This document shows positions 38,772 to 51,020 of a stretch of 64,000 nt of DNA, in pieces. This stretch comes from an uncultured Verrucomicrobiae bacterium (lineage in GTDB: Bacteria; Verrucomicrobiota; Verrucomicrobiia; Chthoniobacterales; UBA10450), in NCBI GenBank assembly GCA_963815455.1, contig CAWFGO010000002.1:288001-352000 (forward strand). The letters run 5' to 3'. Numbering within the stretch: the first letter of the stretch is position 1; every line of letters starts with the position of its first letter. Under the pieces are notes generated by a model, which did no database searches, was not told the DNA's origin, and saw only the letters and a list, made by a program, of their open reading frames with translations. A program made the position numbers and the translations under genes.

Positions 38772-39855
38772 GAGTCGTATATTTTTCCATGGTCGCGACC
38801 ACGAGCCCGGCGGCGTTCTTCGGCGCCAGACGCGCACAATATTCCGACATGCGGTGCAGTTGCTGCGGGTTTGCGTTCAATTCCCCGATCTTGCGCGCGA
38901 GCAAATCAACCGACAATTCCGATTCCTTCAACAGAATTGCCGCGCCCGAGCGAACAAAAATCTCGGCGTTGCGCGTTTGATGATCGTCGGTCGCGTAAGG
39001 GTAAGGGATTAAAATCGACGGGAGCGCAAAGAATGCGATCTCGGCCAGACTGGCTGCGCCGGCCCGGGCAATAACCAGATCCGCCGCGCTGTACGGCTCT
39101 TCCATCTGATGATGGAACGCAGCCACGTAGGCGGGAATATTTTCGCGGCGATAATTGTCGGCCACAAGACGTTCCTCCCGTGCGCCGGTCAGATGGATGA
39201 TCTGCAGCGGCGCGGCCGCGCAATAATGGGATCGCCTTAATCATCGCTTGGTTAATCCCGCTCGCGCCCTGGCTCCCTCCCATTACCAGAACAGTCGGCA
39301 AATTATCGCACAGTCCGAGTTTCAGGCGGGCTGACATGTCGATCCAGGCGTTTGAGGTCGGTCCGAATTGGCGTGCCCGTGATCTCGGTCCGCACTTTCG
39401 GAAAAAAAGTCGCGCGCTTCCTTGAAGCCGAGCATGACCGCGCGAACAAATCGGGCCGTCCACCGATTCGCTTTGCCGGGAATGGCGTTGGATTCGTGAA
39501 TGAAAGTGGCGGCGCCGCGCATCCGGCCGGCCAGGACCGGAGCGGTGGAAGTGAAACCGCCCATGCCGAGCACGACTTGCGGCTTGAACTTGCCATAAAG
39601 CGACCGGCAGATCGACAGACTGCCGGTGAAACGCCTAACGAAACCAAAAATAGCCGGCGAATAGAGCGAAGGGAACCCAACCGTGGGCAATTTTTCGAAT
39701 CGGAGATCGGAATGCCCGGAAAGCGCGAGCATGTCGATCTCCTTTTCCGAGACCAGCAGCATGACTTGATGACCGCGATCACGCAGCACTTCGGCCACGG
39801 CAATGCCGGGAAAGAGATGTCCGCCGGTTCCACCACATGCAATCACTGCGTTCAT
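38755..39855 (-). CDS. murG: MurG lipid II GlcNAc transferase (frameshifted)
   Basis: CGGTGGHLFPG, HESNAIPGKAN, GGSQGA, ARAGAAS and HQTRNA. Confidence 0.95.
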
Positions 39856-39869
39856 GCGAATAGAGACAT

Positions 39870-39960
39870 AGGTGGATCGGCCGCTCCGCGGGCGATGCCA
39901 GAAATCATGCGGCTTCGCCGCCTAAATTTAGCATCGAGCAAGGGACTGCTCGATCCACCT
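39870..39960. repeat. AGGTGGATCG...CGATCCACCT palindromic element between ftsW and murG
   Basis: 10-bp perfect inverted ends and an internal GCGGCTTCGCCGC hairpin. A relative occurs inverted at 51985-52066. Confidence 0.8.
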
Positions 39961-39992
39961 GGTGTGCGTCTTGCGTTCATGGTCGATCCTGG

Positions 39993-41137
39993 TCAAATCC
40001 GCGGCGTCATTCTCACTTGGAGCGCCGTGCGTCTCTTGTTACCGGGTTCTAAAATCCCCTGGCGATAAATGTTTAGCAGCAGCCCAATCCCGAACAGGCA
40101 GGCGACCAGGTTCGAACCGCCGTAGCTGATGAACGGCAGCGGCAGACCTTTGTTCGGTAGAAGCGACGTGGTTACTCCGATATTCATCGCCGCTTGCAAC
40201 CCAAGCAGCGCGACAATGCCGGAACCGAGCAACAAGACCGAAACGGTCTTTGGCATGTAGCGCGATCATCATCCCGCAAATAATAATCACCACGAACAGG
40301 AACACGATCGCCAGCGTGACGCGCAATCCCAGCTCTTCGCCAATGATCGGGAAAATGAAATCGGTGTGGGCATAAGGAAGATAGAGCATTTTCTGGCGGC
40401 CATTGCCCAAACCGAGCCCTTCGATTCCTCCGCTGCCCAGAGCGATCAACGCCTGCATCTGCTGCAAGCCCGCGTCTTCCTTGAAACGCGCCGGATCAAG
40501 AAACGCGGAAAGACGACCCATGCGTTCCGATATTTGCGTGGCAATAACAAGAATACCGCCCAGACCAGTGAGCGAAACCAGGCCGAGCAAAATCGGATTC
40601 GCTCCGGCGACGAACATCACCACAAACGCCGTCATGGCGAGCAACGCCGTGGTGCCGAGATCGACCTCGAAAAGGATCAGTCCAAGCAGCGGTTCCGACG
40701 ATGGCCAGCGGCAGAACAAAATTGTATAACGGATTGCTACCCGCTTTTTCGTACCGGGTGAACCACCATGCGAGAAAAAATAGGGCGGCGATTTTGGCGA
40801 TTTCCGAGGGTTGAAAACCGAACTGCCCAAAGCCCACCCAACGCCGGGAGCCGTTGATGCGCATCCCGATATGCGGAACGAAACAAAACGCCAGCGCGAC
40901 GAGCGCGATGGCAAACCAAATCCACCAGGTCCGTTGCCAGAAATGGTAATCGATCAGCGCGGCCAGGATGCAGATGGCGAGGCCGATCCCGAACCAAACG
41001 GCCTGACGTTTGATGAAAAATGAAACGTCTCCATGACTGTCGCGCGCGAAAGCGCTGGTGCTGAATAGCATGACGATGCCGACAACGAGCAACGCCAGCA
41101 CAGCGAGAAATAGAAAGTATGCGCTCTTACGATGCAT
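39993..41137 (-). CDS. ftsW: FtsW (SEDS) glycosyltransferase (frameshifted)
   Basis: NGSRRW, FQPSEIAK, DLGTT, LPYAHTDFIF and KGLPLPFISYGGS. Confidence 0.95.
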
Positions 41138-41150
41138 GATGGATAGAATT

Positions 41151-41210
41151 TGGGAGCGCACGCATCCTGCGTGCAGTCTTCGGCGAGCACGCTGGAAGCG
41201 TGCGCTCCCC
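41151..41210. repeat. GGGAGCGCAC-type REP doublet
   Basis: GGGAGCGCACGCATCCTGCGTGC...GCACGCTGGAAGCGTGCGCTCCC. Confidence 0.8.
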
Positions 41211-41227
41211 TAAATTCCAGCTTCTTC

Positions 41228-41805
41228 TCATTCGTCGGTCTTTCCCTTCGCGGGCTTCGGGATTAGCAGTTTTGTCCCGATCTGTAATTTGCGCGGATCG
41301 TCAATGTGGTTGAGCTCCATTAAATCGTCGTAAGCGACCTTGAATTTCTTCGCGATGGTCACTGGATTATCGCCTTTGACAACCACGTAAACTTTTCCGG
41401 AATCGACGGGCGTCGCCGCGTGCTCGCTCGCTTTGGCGTGATTAGCTCTTGTGTTCTTCCTTTGCGATTGATTTTGCCGGCGCGTGGGACGGCTTCGCTT
41501 CCTCGCTCGGAGCGTCTTGTTTTTCCAGAGCCGTTGTCGATGCTGCGGCGGGAACCGAGCTGCTCGTCGGGCTGGCGGACGCGCTCGGCACCACGGAGAC
41601 CTGTCGCGTCTTGATCGCGTTGAAGGCGATAATCCCGGACACCGCGACGACATGGAGAACCAAAACGATCAGCAAGCGCGCGAGACAGCTTCATGTTCGG
41701 CTCGGACATATCGTCGTAGCCCATTTCGGCGGAAGCGCGCAGGGACGCGGCGCGCGGTGGTTGTCGCCCGAAGTTTTTTGCGACGGAAAACTTTGGGATT
41801 TTCAT
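41228..41805 (-). CDS. Membrane-anchored LysM-domain protein (frameshifted)
   Basis: TM LIVLVLHVVAVSGIIAF, a linker, and LysM YVVVKGDNPVTIAKKFKV...LMELNHIDDPRKLQIGTKLLIP. Confidence 0.85.
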
Positions 41806-43152
41806 TTTGATTTGAGGGAGGGCTTGCACGAGCGCGCGAAATTGATCGCCGCGATCGGCGTAGCTTTTGAACATGTCGAAGGAAGATGTGCCCGGGGAAA
41901 AGAGGACCACCTCGCCCGGTTTGGCGATGGCGTGGGCGCGCTCGACCGCATCGGCCAGCGAACCTGCGATTTCGGTATTGACCGCGCCGTCCCAGGAGTG
42001 CGCGATGCTTTCGGCCATTTCGCCGATTAAAATTGTCGATCTTACTTTTTCTTTCACCAGCGCGCGGAGCGGATCGAAGGTGAAACCCTTGTCCTTGCCA
42101 CCGGCGATCAGGACCACCGGCTTGGTTTGCGCCCGCAGCGCTTTCTCGACCGCATCGAGGTTGGTTGCCTTGGAATCGTTGATGTAACTCACGCCGGCGA
42201 CTCTCCCGCACAAATTCGCACCGATGCGGCTGCGGCTCGTAAGCTGCAGAGCGGCGGCGCCATTTTTTCAAACGACAAGCCGCGCGCCATGCCGGCGGCC
42301 AGCGTTGCCATCAGATTCTCGATGTTGTGCGAGCCGCGCAATTTCGTCGTCGGCCAGACGCAGAACCGGTTCGTTTCGATAAACAATCGCGCCATCGGAA
42401 AGCCGGAAATCGGCCTTGATCGGAATAAGCGCTAAAGGTGATTTTGCGCGGCCGGATTTCCGGCAGACTTTCGAGCCGCGTTGACGACGCGCCACGTCTT
42501 CTCGGTCTGGTTCTCGAAAATCCGCAGTTTCGCTGCGCGATATTCTGCCGACCGAACGATAACGATCGAGATGATCGGGGGCGAAGTTGAGCCAGAGACT
42601 GATCGATGGCCGGAATGTTCGGATCGTCTTCCAGTTGAAACGAACTCACCTCGACCGTGAGCACGTCGAATTGCTTTTTCTCGCGCGCCACTTCGGAAAG
42701 CGGTTTGCCAATGTTGCCGCAGGCAATCGTGCTCTGGCCGCACGCGTTCAACATTTGCGCGAGCAACTCAGTCGTGGTGGTCTTGCCGTTGGTGCCAGTG
42801 ACTGCGATGACCGGCGCTTTCACAAAATTGCCAGCCCAGCTCGAGCTCGCCGATGATGTCGATTTCCGCTCGAAAAAGTTACGGGCCAGGGCCGAGACCG
42901 GATCGATTCCCGGGCTCAACACCGCGAACTGATAGGTGGACGAATCCTTCTCCGCTTCCGGCCCGCAGACGATGCGAATCCCTTGCGCGCGCAAGATTGT
43001 CGAGCGTGGATTTGAGTAAATTTTTTTCTTCCGCGCTGTCGAGGACGGTAACGTTTGCGCCTTCTGTCCGCAGCAAAAGCGCAGCGGCGGTGCCGCTCAA
43101 GCCCGCGCCGAGCACGGCAACGTTTTGGTCTTTGTAACGGGACGGTTTTCAT
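41802..43152 (-). CDS. murD: MurD ligase (frameshifted)
   Basis: [36 protein letters not shown] and [14 protein letters not shown]. Confidence 0.94.
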
Positions 43153-44249
43153 CTCAGTTTCAGCGTGGCCAGACCGAGCAGGGCGAAAATCGGCGGAAAG
43201 AATCCAAAATCGCACGATCACGGTGTTTTCCTTCCAGCCGATCAATTCGAAATGATGATGGATCGGCGACATGGCGAAAATTCGGCGGCCGGTCAGTTTG
43301 AAACTGAGCACCTGCAAAATCACCGAGACCGCTTCGATCACAAAAATCCGCCGACTACGACGAGAAGCAGTTCCTGTTTACAACAGATCGCTACAACGCC
43401 GATCATGCCACCAATGGCGAGCGAGCCGGTGTCGCCCATGAAAACTTTCGCCGGATGACAGTTGAACCAGAGAAAGCCAAGACCCGCGCCGATCAGCGCG
43501 GCACAAACTACCGTGAGCTCGCCGGTAAATGGATAGAATGGGACCTGCAAATATTCGGCGATCCGGAAATTGCCCGCCGCATAGGTAAGCAACGCGTAGG
43601 CGAATGCAACCGTGACCGTGCAACCGATCGCGAGGCCATCAAGACCGTCGGTCAGATTGACCGCGTTGGATGCCCCGACAATGACCAGCGCGAAAAAGAA
43701 AAAAGTAAACCAGCCCATGTTCGTGATGACCGGCGCCTTGATAAACGGCACATAAAGCGAACGCGCCTGGACTTCGAGCAACGGACTGGTGAGAAAAACC
43801 GCCGTGACGATGGCGGCAAGAATGAATTGGAATAGCAGCTTGTAGCGGCCGCTCACACCGGCCGATTTTTTCTTCGTCACTTTCAGGTAGTCGTCCGCGA
43901 AACCCAATGCGCCGAGATAAAGCATGGTGAACAAGGCGAGCCAGACGAAACGATTATCCGGGCGCGCCCAAAGCACGCTGGAAATAACCACGGCGCCAAT
44001 GATGAGCACGCCGCCCATCGTCGGCGTGCCCTGCTTGCCGCCGTGGAGCTCGGCCAGGCGATGAACTTCCGCCGCCAAGCGAATTGGTTGACCCAACTTC
44101 AAGCGCCGTGAGTTTCGAATCACCCAGTTCCCGAACACGAGCGAGATCGCGAACGCGGTCACGGCGCCCGCCACTGCTCGGAACGTGACGTAAAGGAAAA
44201 CGTTGAAGCCGCCGAATTGATCGCTTAGCCGATGAAGGTAATACATCAT
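43149..44249 (-). CDS. mraY: MraY translocase (frameshifted near the 3' end)
   Basis: [32 protein letters not shown] and PIHHHFE. Confidence 0.96.
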
Positions 44250-45643
44250 GAGGCGACTCCTCCCGCGGGTTGATGTTTCGAAAACTCGTCGATCACCAAT
44301 TCAGTGCGGGCCAGCCGACTGCCCTTGATCAAAACAAGATCGCCGGGCGCGGCGATCTCGGCCAGCAACTCCGCCGCTTCCGATGTCGATCCTACGGTGA
44401 CGCTATTTTCCAAACCGGCATCTTTGGCCGCCTCGGCAATGGCGGATGCGGCATTTCCGATTGCAATTAGATGATCGATTTTCAGCGCGGCGGCGGCTTC
44501 GCCCACTTCGCGATGATCCCGCTCGGATTCCTCTCCCAGCTCGCGCATCTCGCCCAGCACGGCGATCCGTTTCCCATCCGCGTCCAGTTCCACCAGCGTG
44601 CGCAAAGCTGCCTTCATCGAATCCGGATTGGCATTGTAACTATCGTCGATGAATTGCACGCCGCGAACCTGCCTTGATCTGCAAACGCGCTTTGGTGAGC
44701 GGAGTGCCAGCGAGTCCGGCCGCGCATTCTTCCAGCGAGAGTCCAAACACGCGCCCGGCCGCAATGGCGAGCATCGCGTTTTGCACCATGTGCAGACCCG
44801 GCACCGGCAATTGCCCGCGACAGCGGTGCGCCCCTTCGAGAATCGTAAACTCCGATCCATCGGCGCTCTGGGTGATTTCGCTGGCGCTGAATCGTACCCT
44901 GCGTTGTCCCCGCGAAAACGATCTTCGCCCGCGTCCGCTCCGCAATGCTCTTACTGAATGCATCGTCCGCGTTGAGAATGACCGTTCCCTGCGGGCCAAC
45001 CGCTTCGGCTAATGCGCCTTTTTCATTTGCGATCGCTTCCCGCGATCCCATAAACTCGATGTGCGCGATGCCGACGTTTGTAATAATCGCCGCATCCGGC
45101 GCAGCCAGCTTCGACAGCGCGGCGACCTCGCCAGGGTGATTCATTCCGATTTCCCAAACGCCGATTTCGTCATCGGACGTCGCCTCGAGTATAGTGCGGG
45201 GCAAGTCCAACGTGATTGTTGAAATTGCCTTCCGTCTTCGTGACTCGAAATTTTTTGCCGAGGACCGAGGCGGCAAAATCCTTCGTGCTGGTTTTGCCGT
45301 TGCTTCCAGTAATGGCGAGGACTTTGAGCGGCAGCGATTTTCGATAATTGGCGGCGAGGGTTTGATAAGCCGCCAGCGTATCGGCCGCCCGAATCAAGGC
45401 GAATTCCTTCGGAACTTTCCCCTTCCAATCAAGCTCGACAATCGCTCCAGCCGCGCCTGCCTTCCCCGCCGCTTCGACAAATTTGTGTCCATCGAAATTT
45501 TCGCCGCGCAACGCGACAAATAATTCGCCGCGCTTCAACGTGCGCGAATCGGTACTGATCTTGTTGACGCTAATCTTCCCGTCTCCGGAGGAAAGTTTCG
45601 CACCGGCGAGTTGAGCAATCTGAGAGAGTGGCAGCGAATTCAT
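44246..45643 (-). CDS. murF: MurF ligase (frameshifted)
   Basis: TDSR, GENFDGH, TGSNGKTSTK, EIGMNHPGE, DSYNANPDSM and KGSR. Confidence 0.95.
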
Positions 45644-47149
45644 CAAAACTCCATGGGATGATCTTCAATCGCGCGACGGGCCACCTGAATATCGTCGAAC
45701 GGGATCGTGTGATCGGCGAATTCCTGATACGCTTCGTGACCTTTGCCTGCAATCAGAACAATGTCGCGCGGCTCGGCAATTTTCACCGCGCGCGTAATCG
45801 CCTGAGCGCGATCGGTGATTTTTTCATAACGATCGGCGCGAAAACCTTTCTCGATCTCGGCGATGATTGCATCCGGATCTTCCTTGCGCGGATTATCGGA
45901 GGTGACGATCGCGTAATCGGCATGTCGATCCACCGCCTCGGCCATGAGCGGGCGCTTTTGCCGGTCGCGGTCGCCGCCGCAACCGAACACAACAATCAAA
46001 CGGCGGGGCTCGAGCTCGCGAAGTGTCTTGATCACATTCAACAGCGCGTCCGGCGTATGCGCATAATCGACAAAGACCTGGAACTGCCGCTTTGCCGGCA
46101 CGATTTCCAATCGGCCCGGCACTTGCGGCGATTTCGTCAGGCTCAGGACGGCTTCTCGCAGATTGACCCCCAGCGCGTTGGCGGCGGCCAGCGCGGCCAT
46201 TGAATTCGCAACATTGAACCGGCCGATCAATGGCACGCGTACCAGATAACTTCGTCCCCGCGCATCCAGTTGATACGAGGTGCCGCCAAATTCCATTCGG
46301 TAATTCGAGGCGCGAAAATCAGCGCGCGCACCCATCCCGAACGTGACCACCGAAATGCTCCCGCCACCGCGGGTCCGTCCTCCGGCGAACTTGTCGATCT
46401 TCTTAAGCAATTGCTCGCCGTAGCGGTCGTCGATGTTAACGATCGCGACCGCTTTGCGCTTTTTTTGTTGTTGAGCCAGTTGGGTAAACAATTTCGCCTT
46501 CGCCTCGAAATAATTTTCCATGGTGCCGTGAAAATCGAGATGGTCCTGGGTGAGATTGGTGAACACGGCAACGTCCCACTCGATCCCGCCGGTGCGGTCC
46601 TGGGCCAGCGCGTGCGATGAAACTTCCATGGCCGCGGCGCGACAATCTGCGTTCGCCATTTGGGCGAGCAACTCCTGCAAATCGAGCGACTCCGGCGTGG
46701 TGCGCGTGGCCGGCAAAACCCGCTCGCCGATTTCGTAGCGCACGGTGCCGATCAAGCCGCAACGCAAACCGGCCTTCTCGCAAATGTGCTTGATAAGAAA
46801 GTGGTGGTCGTTTTGCCATTCGTGCCGGTAACAGCGGCCAGCTTCAATCGGTCCGCCGGATGCCGGTAAAAGGTGGCGGCGAGATCGGCCAGCGCGCTGC
46901 GGGTATTTTCGACGACGAGACAAGTCGCGCGCGAATGTTTTTCTTCGCGCTCGGTAACGATCACCGTGGCGCCTTTTTCGATAGCCTGCCCGATGAAATT
47001 GTGTCCGTCATTTTTCTCCCCCGCAGCGCCACGAACATGCCATTCCTCTGCACTCGCCGCGAGTCATACGCGATGCTTTCCACCGCGCGATCAAGTGGGC
47101 CGATGATTTCGCGAATTGGAATTGCACCGGCGAGAGACTTGAGCTGCAT
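45643..47149 (-). CDS. murE: MurE ligase, meso-DAP type (frameshifted in the 5' part)
   Basis: [37 protein letters not shown] and AGKGHE. Confidence 0.96.
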
Positions 47150-47177
47150 GAGGATTCAACAACATTGCGCAAAGTGC

Positions 47178-48944
47178 TCAATGGGGCGAAGCATTGCTTG
47201 AGGCGACTCTTCCCACCGGAATGGCTTTGCGGATTTCCTCATGCGGTTGAAGATCGAGATAACGGGCCGCTTTTTCGGCGATCCGGGCAAAAATGGGGCC
47301 GGCCACAAGTCCGCCGTAGTTCAGTTCCGGCGTAGCTGGTGTGGGCATCGTCCAGCACCACCAATCCGACAAACTCCGGATGATCCGCCGGCAAATATCC
47401 GCTGAAAGAGACGACATATCTTCCTTGTTCGTATCCGCCTTTGGGATCGACTTTTTGCGCCGTGCCGGTCTTGCCCGCAATCATAAAACCCGGGACGGCG
47501 GCCGCCGCGGCGGTGCCGCGATCACTCACGACACCGCGCAGCGCATCGCCGATTTGTCTGGCTGTCTGGGGAGAAATTACCTGGCGCAACACGACCGGCG
47601 AAAGCGAGCTGATCGTCTGGCCGTCATCGGAGGTGATTGATTTTACGATCCGTGGCGTGACCAGCTTGCCGCCATTGGCAATGGCCGCCATCGCCAATGT
47701 CATTTGAAGGGGCGTGACTCCGATCTCATGCCCCATCGGGATTCGCGTAATGGAAATCTTGGTCCATGATTGGGGCGGCCGAATCAAGCCGCTGATTTCG
47801 CCGGGCAACTCGATCCCGGTCCGTTCGCCAAAACCGAACCGGCGAATGTATTCGTAAAATTTTTCTTCGCCCAGGCTGATGCGCGAGCTTGGCGGCGCCG
47901 ATGTTGCTCGATTTCACGAGCACATCCTTCACGGTCAAATCGCCGAAAGGCCGGTGATCGTGGAGCGCGGTCCCGCCAAAATGCCCATCGGCCATTCTCG
48001 CAAAAAATGACCGAGTCAGGCCGGAACCTGCGTTCGTTGAGCGCGGCGGCAGCCGCGACGATCTTGAACGTCGAACCGGGCTCCATCATGTCGATGATGG
48101 CGCGGTTTTTCATCTGCTCGGGTTTGGCCTGGGAGCGCAGGTTCAAATCGAAGCTCGGACGATTGGCCATGGCCAGGATCTCGCCGGTTTCGGGGCGCAT
48201 AAGAATGATTGTCGCCTTGTTAGGCGTATATTCGCGCATGGCGGCATCGATCTCGTTCTCCACGATGTTCTGCAGATTAAGATCGACAGTGAGCCGGACG
48301 TTGTAACCGTTGCGGGGCGCGCGTTCCTGCCCGCGATACAGAACGATCTCCTGGCCGGCCCGGTTCCGCTCGGTGAACCGGTAGCCGTCCTGACCGTGCA
48401 GATATTCTTCCATCGACGCTTCCACGCCCTGTATCCCGCGATGATCGAAATCGGTGAACCCGATCACGTGACAGAGCATCGGTCCGTTTGGATAAACGCG
48501 TTTGCTGTCGGGCTCGAAATAGATTCCGCCCAAATCCTGCTTTCGCATTTTTGCCACCAGCGCACCGGCCTCAGTGTCCGGCACTTCGCGCTTGAGCACG
48601 ATGTAACGACGGTCGCTGTGTAGTTTCTCTCTCAATTCCCGGGCCGGGATCTTCAAGGCGCCGCTGAGAAGATCGACAGTCGCCTCTATATTATTAAGAC
48701 GGCTCGCATCGGCCACGACCGTTTGCATCGGCACATTGTCCGCCAGCACGTCTCCGTTCGCGTCGAAAATCGCGCCGCGCTCGGCCCGGATGGTCTGCTT
48801 ATGAACGTGTTTTTCAGCGGCAAGCCCGGCGTATTCGTCGTGCTTGATCATCTGAATATAAACGAGCCGGAATGAGAAAATGCTGAAAAGCGCGGTCAAG
48901 CCGAGGCAAACGACCACGCAACGAATCCGGCTGTTCCACTTCAT
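47178..48944 (-). CDS. ftsI: Class B PBP FtsI (frameshifted)
   Basis: RGAIFD, EPGSTFK (SxxK), KSSN (SxN) and KTGTAQK. Confidence 0.93.
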
Positions 48945-49306
48945 CGTCCGGCTCGCTGGTTCGAAATGGGCTGAATCGCGTCCTCGACGCGGCGCGCGGG
49001 AATCGCAAGTCTCACGATGTTACGCTCGGGGATTGGGATCATTTTCAGCTGCCCTTCCTTTAGCCGCCGCTGCAAGGCCGCTCGCGAGGTCAAGGCCGCA
49101 ATCGCTGAGCTGGTGACGTCGTTCTGCGTGCGCAAATTTGCCAGCTCCGTCTCCAGCGCCTTCTTTCTGTCGCCGAGATGATAAAGCTGCACCTTCAGGT
49201 AAAGGTAACCCAGCGCGGTCAGCGCAAAAAACGCCGCCACCACGATCCAACGTGCCAGTGACGGCGCATCGACCATGTTCCAATTCTTTCGGTGGGAACG
49301 GCTCAT
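48941..49306 (-). CDS. ftsL: FtsL-like cell division protein
   Basis: TM followed by a coiled coil, located between rsmH and ftsI with overlapping ATGA junctions. Confidence 0.75.
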   Translation of the reverse strand: MSRSHRKNWNMVDAPSLARWIVVAAFFALTALGYLYLKVQLYHLGDRKKALETELANLRTQNDVTSSAIAALTSRAALQRRLKEGQLKMIPIPERNIVRLAIPARRVEDAIQPISNQRAGR

Positions 49307-50307
49307 GCGATTTTTTCTGCCACGCGCAATTTCGCGCTGCGCGAACGCGGGTTTTGCCGTTGTTCTTCTGCTCCCGGCTCAACCGGCTTCTGGGTGATAA
49401 GATTAAAATGGAAATCCGGATTGCGCCGCGGCTCCGGCCATTCCGGCCGGTCGATCCATTCGCGGCTGCGATCGCGGAAGAAATTTTTGACGATGCGATC
49501 TTCCAGGGAATGAAACGCGATCACGGCAATGCGGGCGCCGATTTCGAGTCGTGACGTTAAGACTCGCAAGCCCTGCTCCAGGGCGCCGAGCTCGTCGTTC
49601 ACTTCCATGCGCAATGCCTGAAAGACCTGCGTCGCCGGATGCCGTCGCCCATGGCGGCCGACTACTTTCTCGATCACGCGCACGAGCGGGAGCGTTTCGC
49701 TAAACGGCGACGTCTTTCGCGTCTTCACGATTAAAGAGGCGATACGGCGCGCCGCCGGTTCCTCGCCCAGTTCGCGAAACAAACGAGTGAGTTGTTCTTC
49801 GGTGTAGTCGTTAATGATGCTGGCCGCGGTCGTAACCTGATGCCACGGGTCCATTCGCATATCGAGCGGGCCGTTGCGCATCATGCTGAAACCGCGCTCG
49901 GCATTTTCCAGCTGCCGCGAGGAAACACCCAGATCGAGCAGCGCGCCGCCGATTGCACCAACACCCAGCTCGTCGAGGATCCTGTCGGCGTAACGAAAAT
50001 TTGCCTGCCGCACGGTGACGCGCCCGCCGAATTTGGTCAGCTCCTCGGTCGCGTGCCGGATCGCATCAGGATCCTGATCGAGCGCCAGAACATCAGCGCC
50101 TGTGCGCAAGATCGCTTCGGTGTGACCGCCGCCGCCGCAGGTGGCATCGACCACAAGCGCGCCGGGGCGCGGGGCCAGCAGCTCGACGACTTCGGTCAGC
50201 AGAACCGGTTGATGATAGGTGTAATCCTCCATTTCCTGCGCCTCCTCTTCGAGAATCAGCGGGCCGGTTGCGAACCAGACTGGCCGTTCGAACAATAATG
50301 CATTCAT
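49303..50307 (-). CDS. rsmH: 16S rRNA m4C1402 methyltransferase (start 50307 or about 50232)
   Basis: HQPVLL, DATCGGGGH, DLGVSS, LDMRM, FHSLEDR and NPRSRSAKLR. Confidence 0.96.
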   Translation of the reverse strand: MNALLFERPVWFATGPLILEEEAQEMEDYTYHQPVLLTEVVELLAPRPGALVVDATCGGGGHTEAILRTGADVLALDQDPDAIRHATEELTKFGGRVTVRQANFRYADRILDELGVGAIGGALLDLGVSSRQLENAERGFSMMRNGPLDMRMDPWHQVTTAASIINDYTEEQLTRLFRELGEEPAARRIASLIVKTRKTSPFSETLPLVRVIEKVVGRHGRRHPATQVFQALRMEVNDELGALEQGLRVLTSRLEIGARIAVIAFHSLEDRIVKNFFRDRSREWIDRPEWPEPRRNPDFHFNLITQKPVEPGAEEQRQNPRSRSAKLRVAEKIA

Positions 50308-50328
50308 GTTTCTCCCTTCGCTTGCGCG

Positions 50329-50796
50329 CTACAAACCGATCACATTCGCCACGTGCTGGTAGGTGCCGGTCTCGTCTTCATGGGCCTTCTTCCAGCGCTG
50401 CAGATTCCAAATCTCGAAACGCCCGCGACCGCCGACGAGAGCAACCTCGCCTTTGAGCCCGATTTTTTTGCAAAGGTCCTCGGGGAGAACGAGCCGCCCT
50501 TGTCGATCGGCGCTGCCGTGCTGGGCGCGGGAATGCAAATGCCGCAGGAAAACCCGGCGATCGCGCGCGGAAATGTTAGGCTCGGATTCGGCGGCGGCGC
50601 TCATACGAGAAAATTCCTCAGGCGACATGACCAGGAGAAATTGATCAGTCGCTTCCGAAAGAACGATGAACTCCTCGGAGCCACGGCGACGCCAGCGCGC
50701 GGGAATCGTGATCCGATTTTTTTCGTCGATGAAATGGCGGAACTGGCCTGCGTAGAGAGGCGAAGGGTATCCTGGCGATGTTGTCGTGCTCTCCAT
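50329..50796 (-). CDS. mraZ: MraZ transcriptional regulator
   Basis: IDEKNRITIPARWR and DRQGRLVLP...FEIW. First gene of the dcw cluster. Confidence 0.94.
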   Translation of the reverse strand: MESTTTSPGYPSPLYAGQFRHFIDEKNRITIPARWRRRGSEEFIVLSEATDQFLLVMSPEEFSRMSAAAESEPNISARDRRVFLRHLHSRAQHGSADRQGRLVLPEDLCKKIGLKGEVALVGGRGRFEIWNLQRWKKAHEDETGTYQHVANVIGL

Positions 50797-50813
50797 GTCT
50801 GAGTGGTGAATTG

Positions 50814-50869
50814 GTCCATTCTAACCCACTTTCACCCACTTTTAACCACCCTCGCCCCAGCTATGTCAA
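50814..50869 (-). promoter_or_regulatory. dcw promoter with MraZ boxes
   Basis: On minus, GTGGT/GTGGG/GTGGG at a 10-bp period (plus 50845-49, 50835-39, 50825-29), and TTGACA on minus at 50869-50864. Confidence 0.8.
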
Positions 50870-50966
50870 CAGAATTTTTACTCTTTTTTCCGGCCGGTTT
50901 CCCGCCCAGGCCTTTTTCTCTTTTATCAAAATCATTTTTGGCACGGAAAATTCCAGATACCGGCTT

Positions 50967-51008
50967 CAATTGAGCGTTGAAAGTTGAGCGTTAAACGTTG
51001 AGCGTTGG
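50967..51008. repeat. Heptamer tandem repeat (TTGAGCG/TTGAAAG)
   Basis: TTGAGCG TTGAAAG TTGAGCG TTAAACG TTGAGCG. Confidence 0.75.
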
Positions 51009-51020
51009 CTCTTCAGACGC

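Noticed and set aside
41359..42213. MurD-LysM fusion
   Set aside because: An extra A in CAAAATGAAA would remove an overlapping TGA/ATG junction, so two genes are more parsimonious.
31590..48944. Apparent mass pseudogenisation or programmed frameshifting of the dcw cluster
   Set aside because: The breaks are isolated 1-nt indels, often in homopolymers, and the catalytic motifs are intact. The same pattern hits fabF, hicA and the amidohydrolase, which points to long-read consensus errors.
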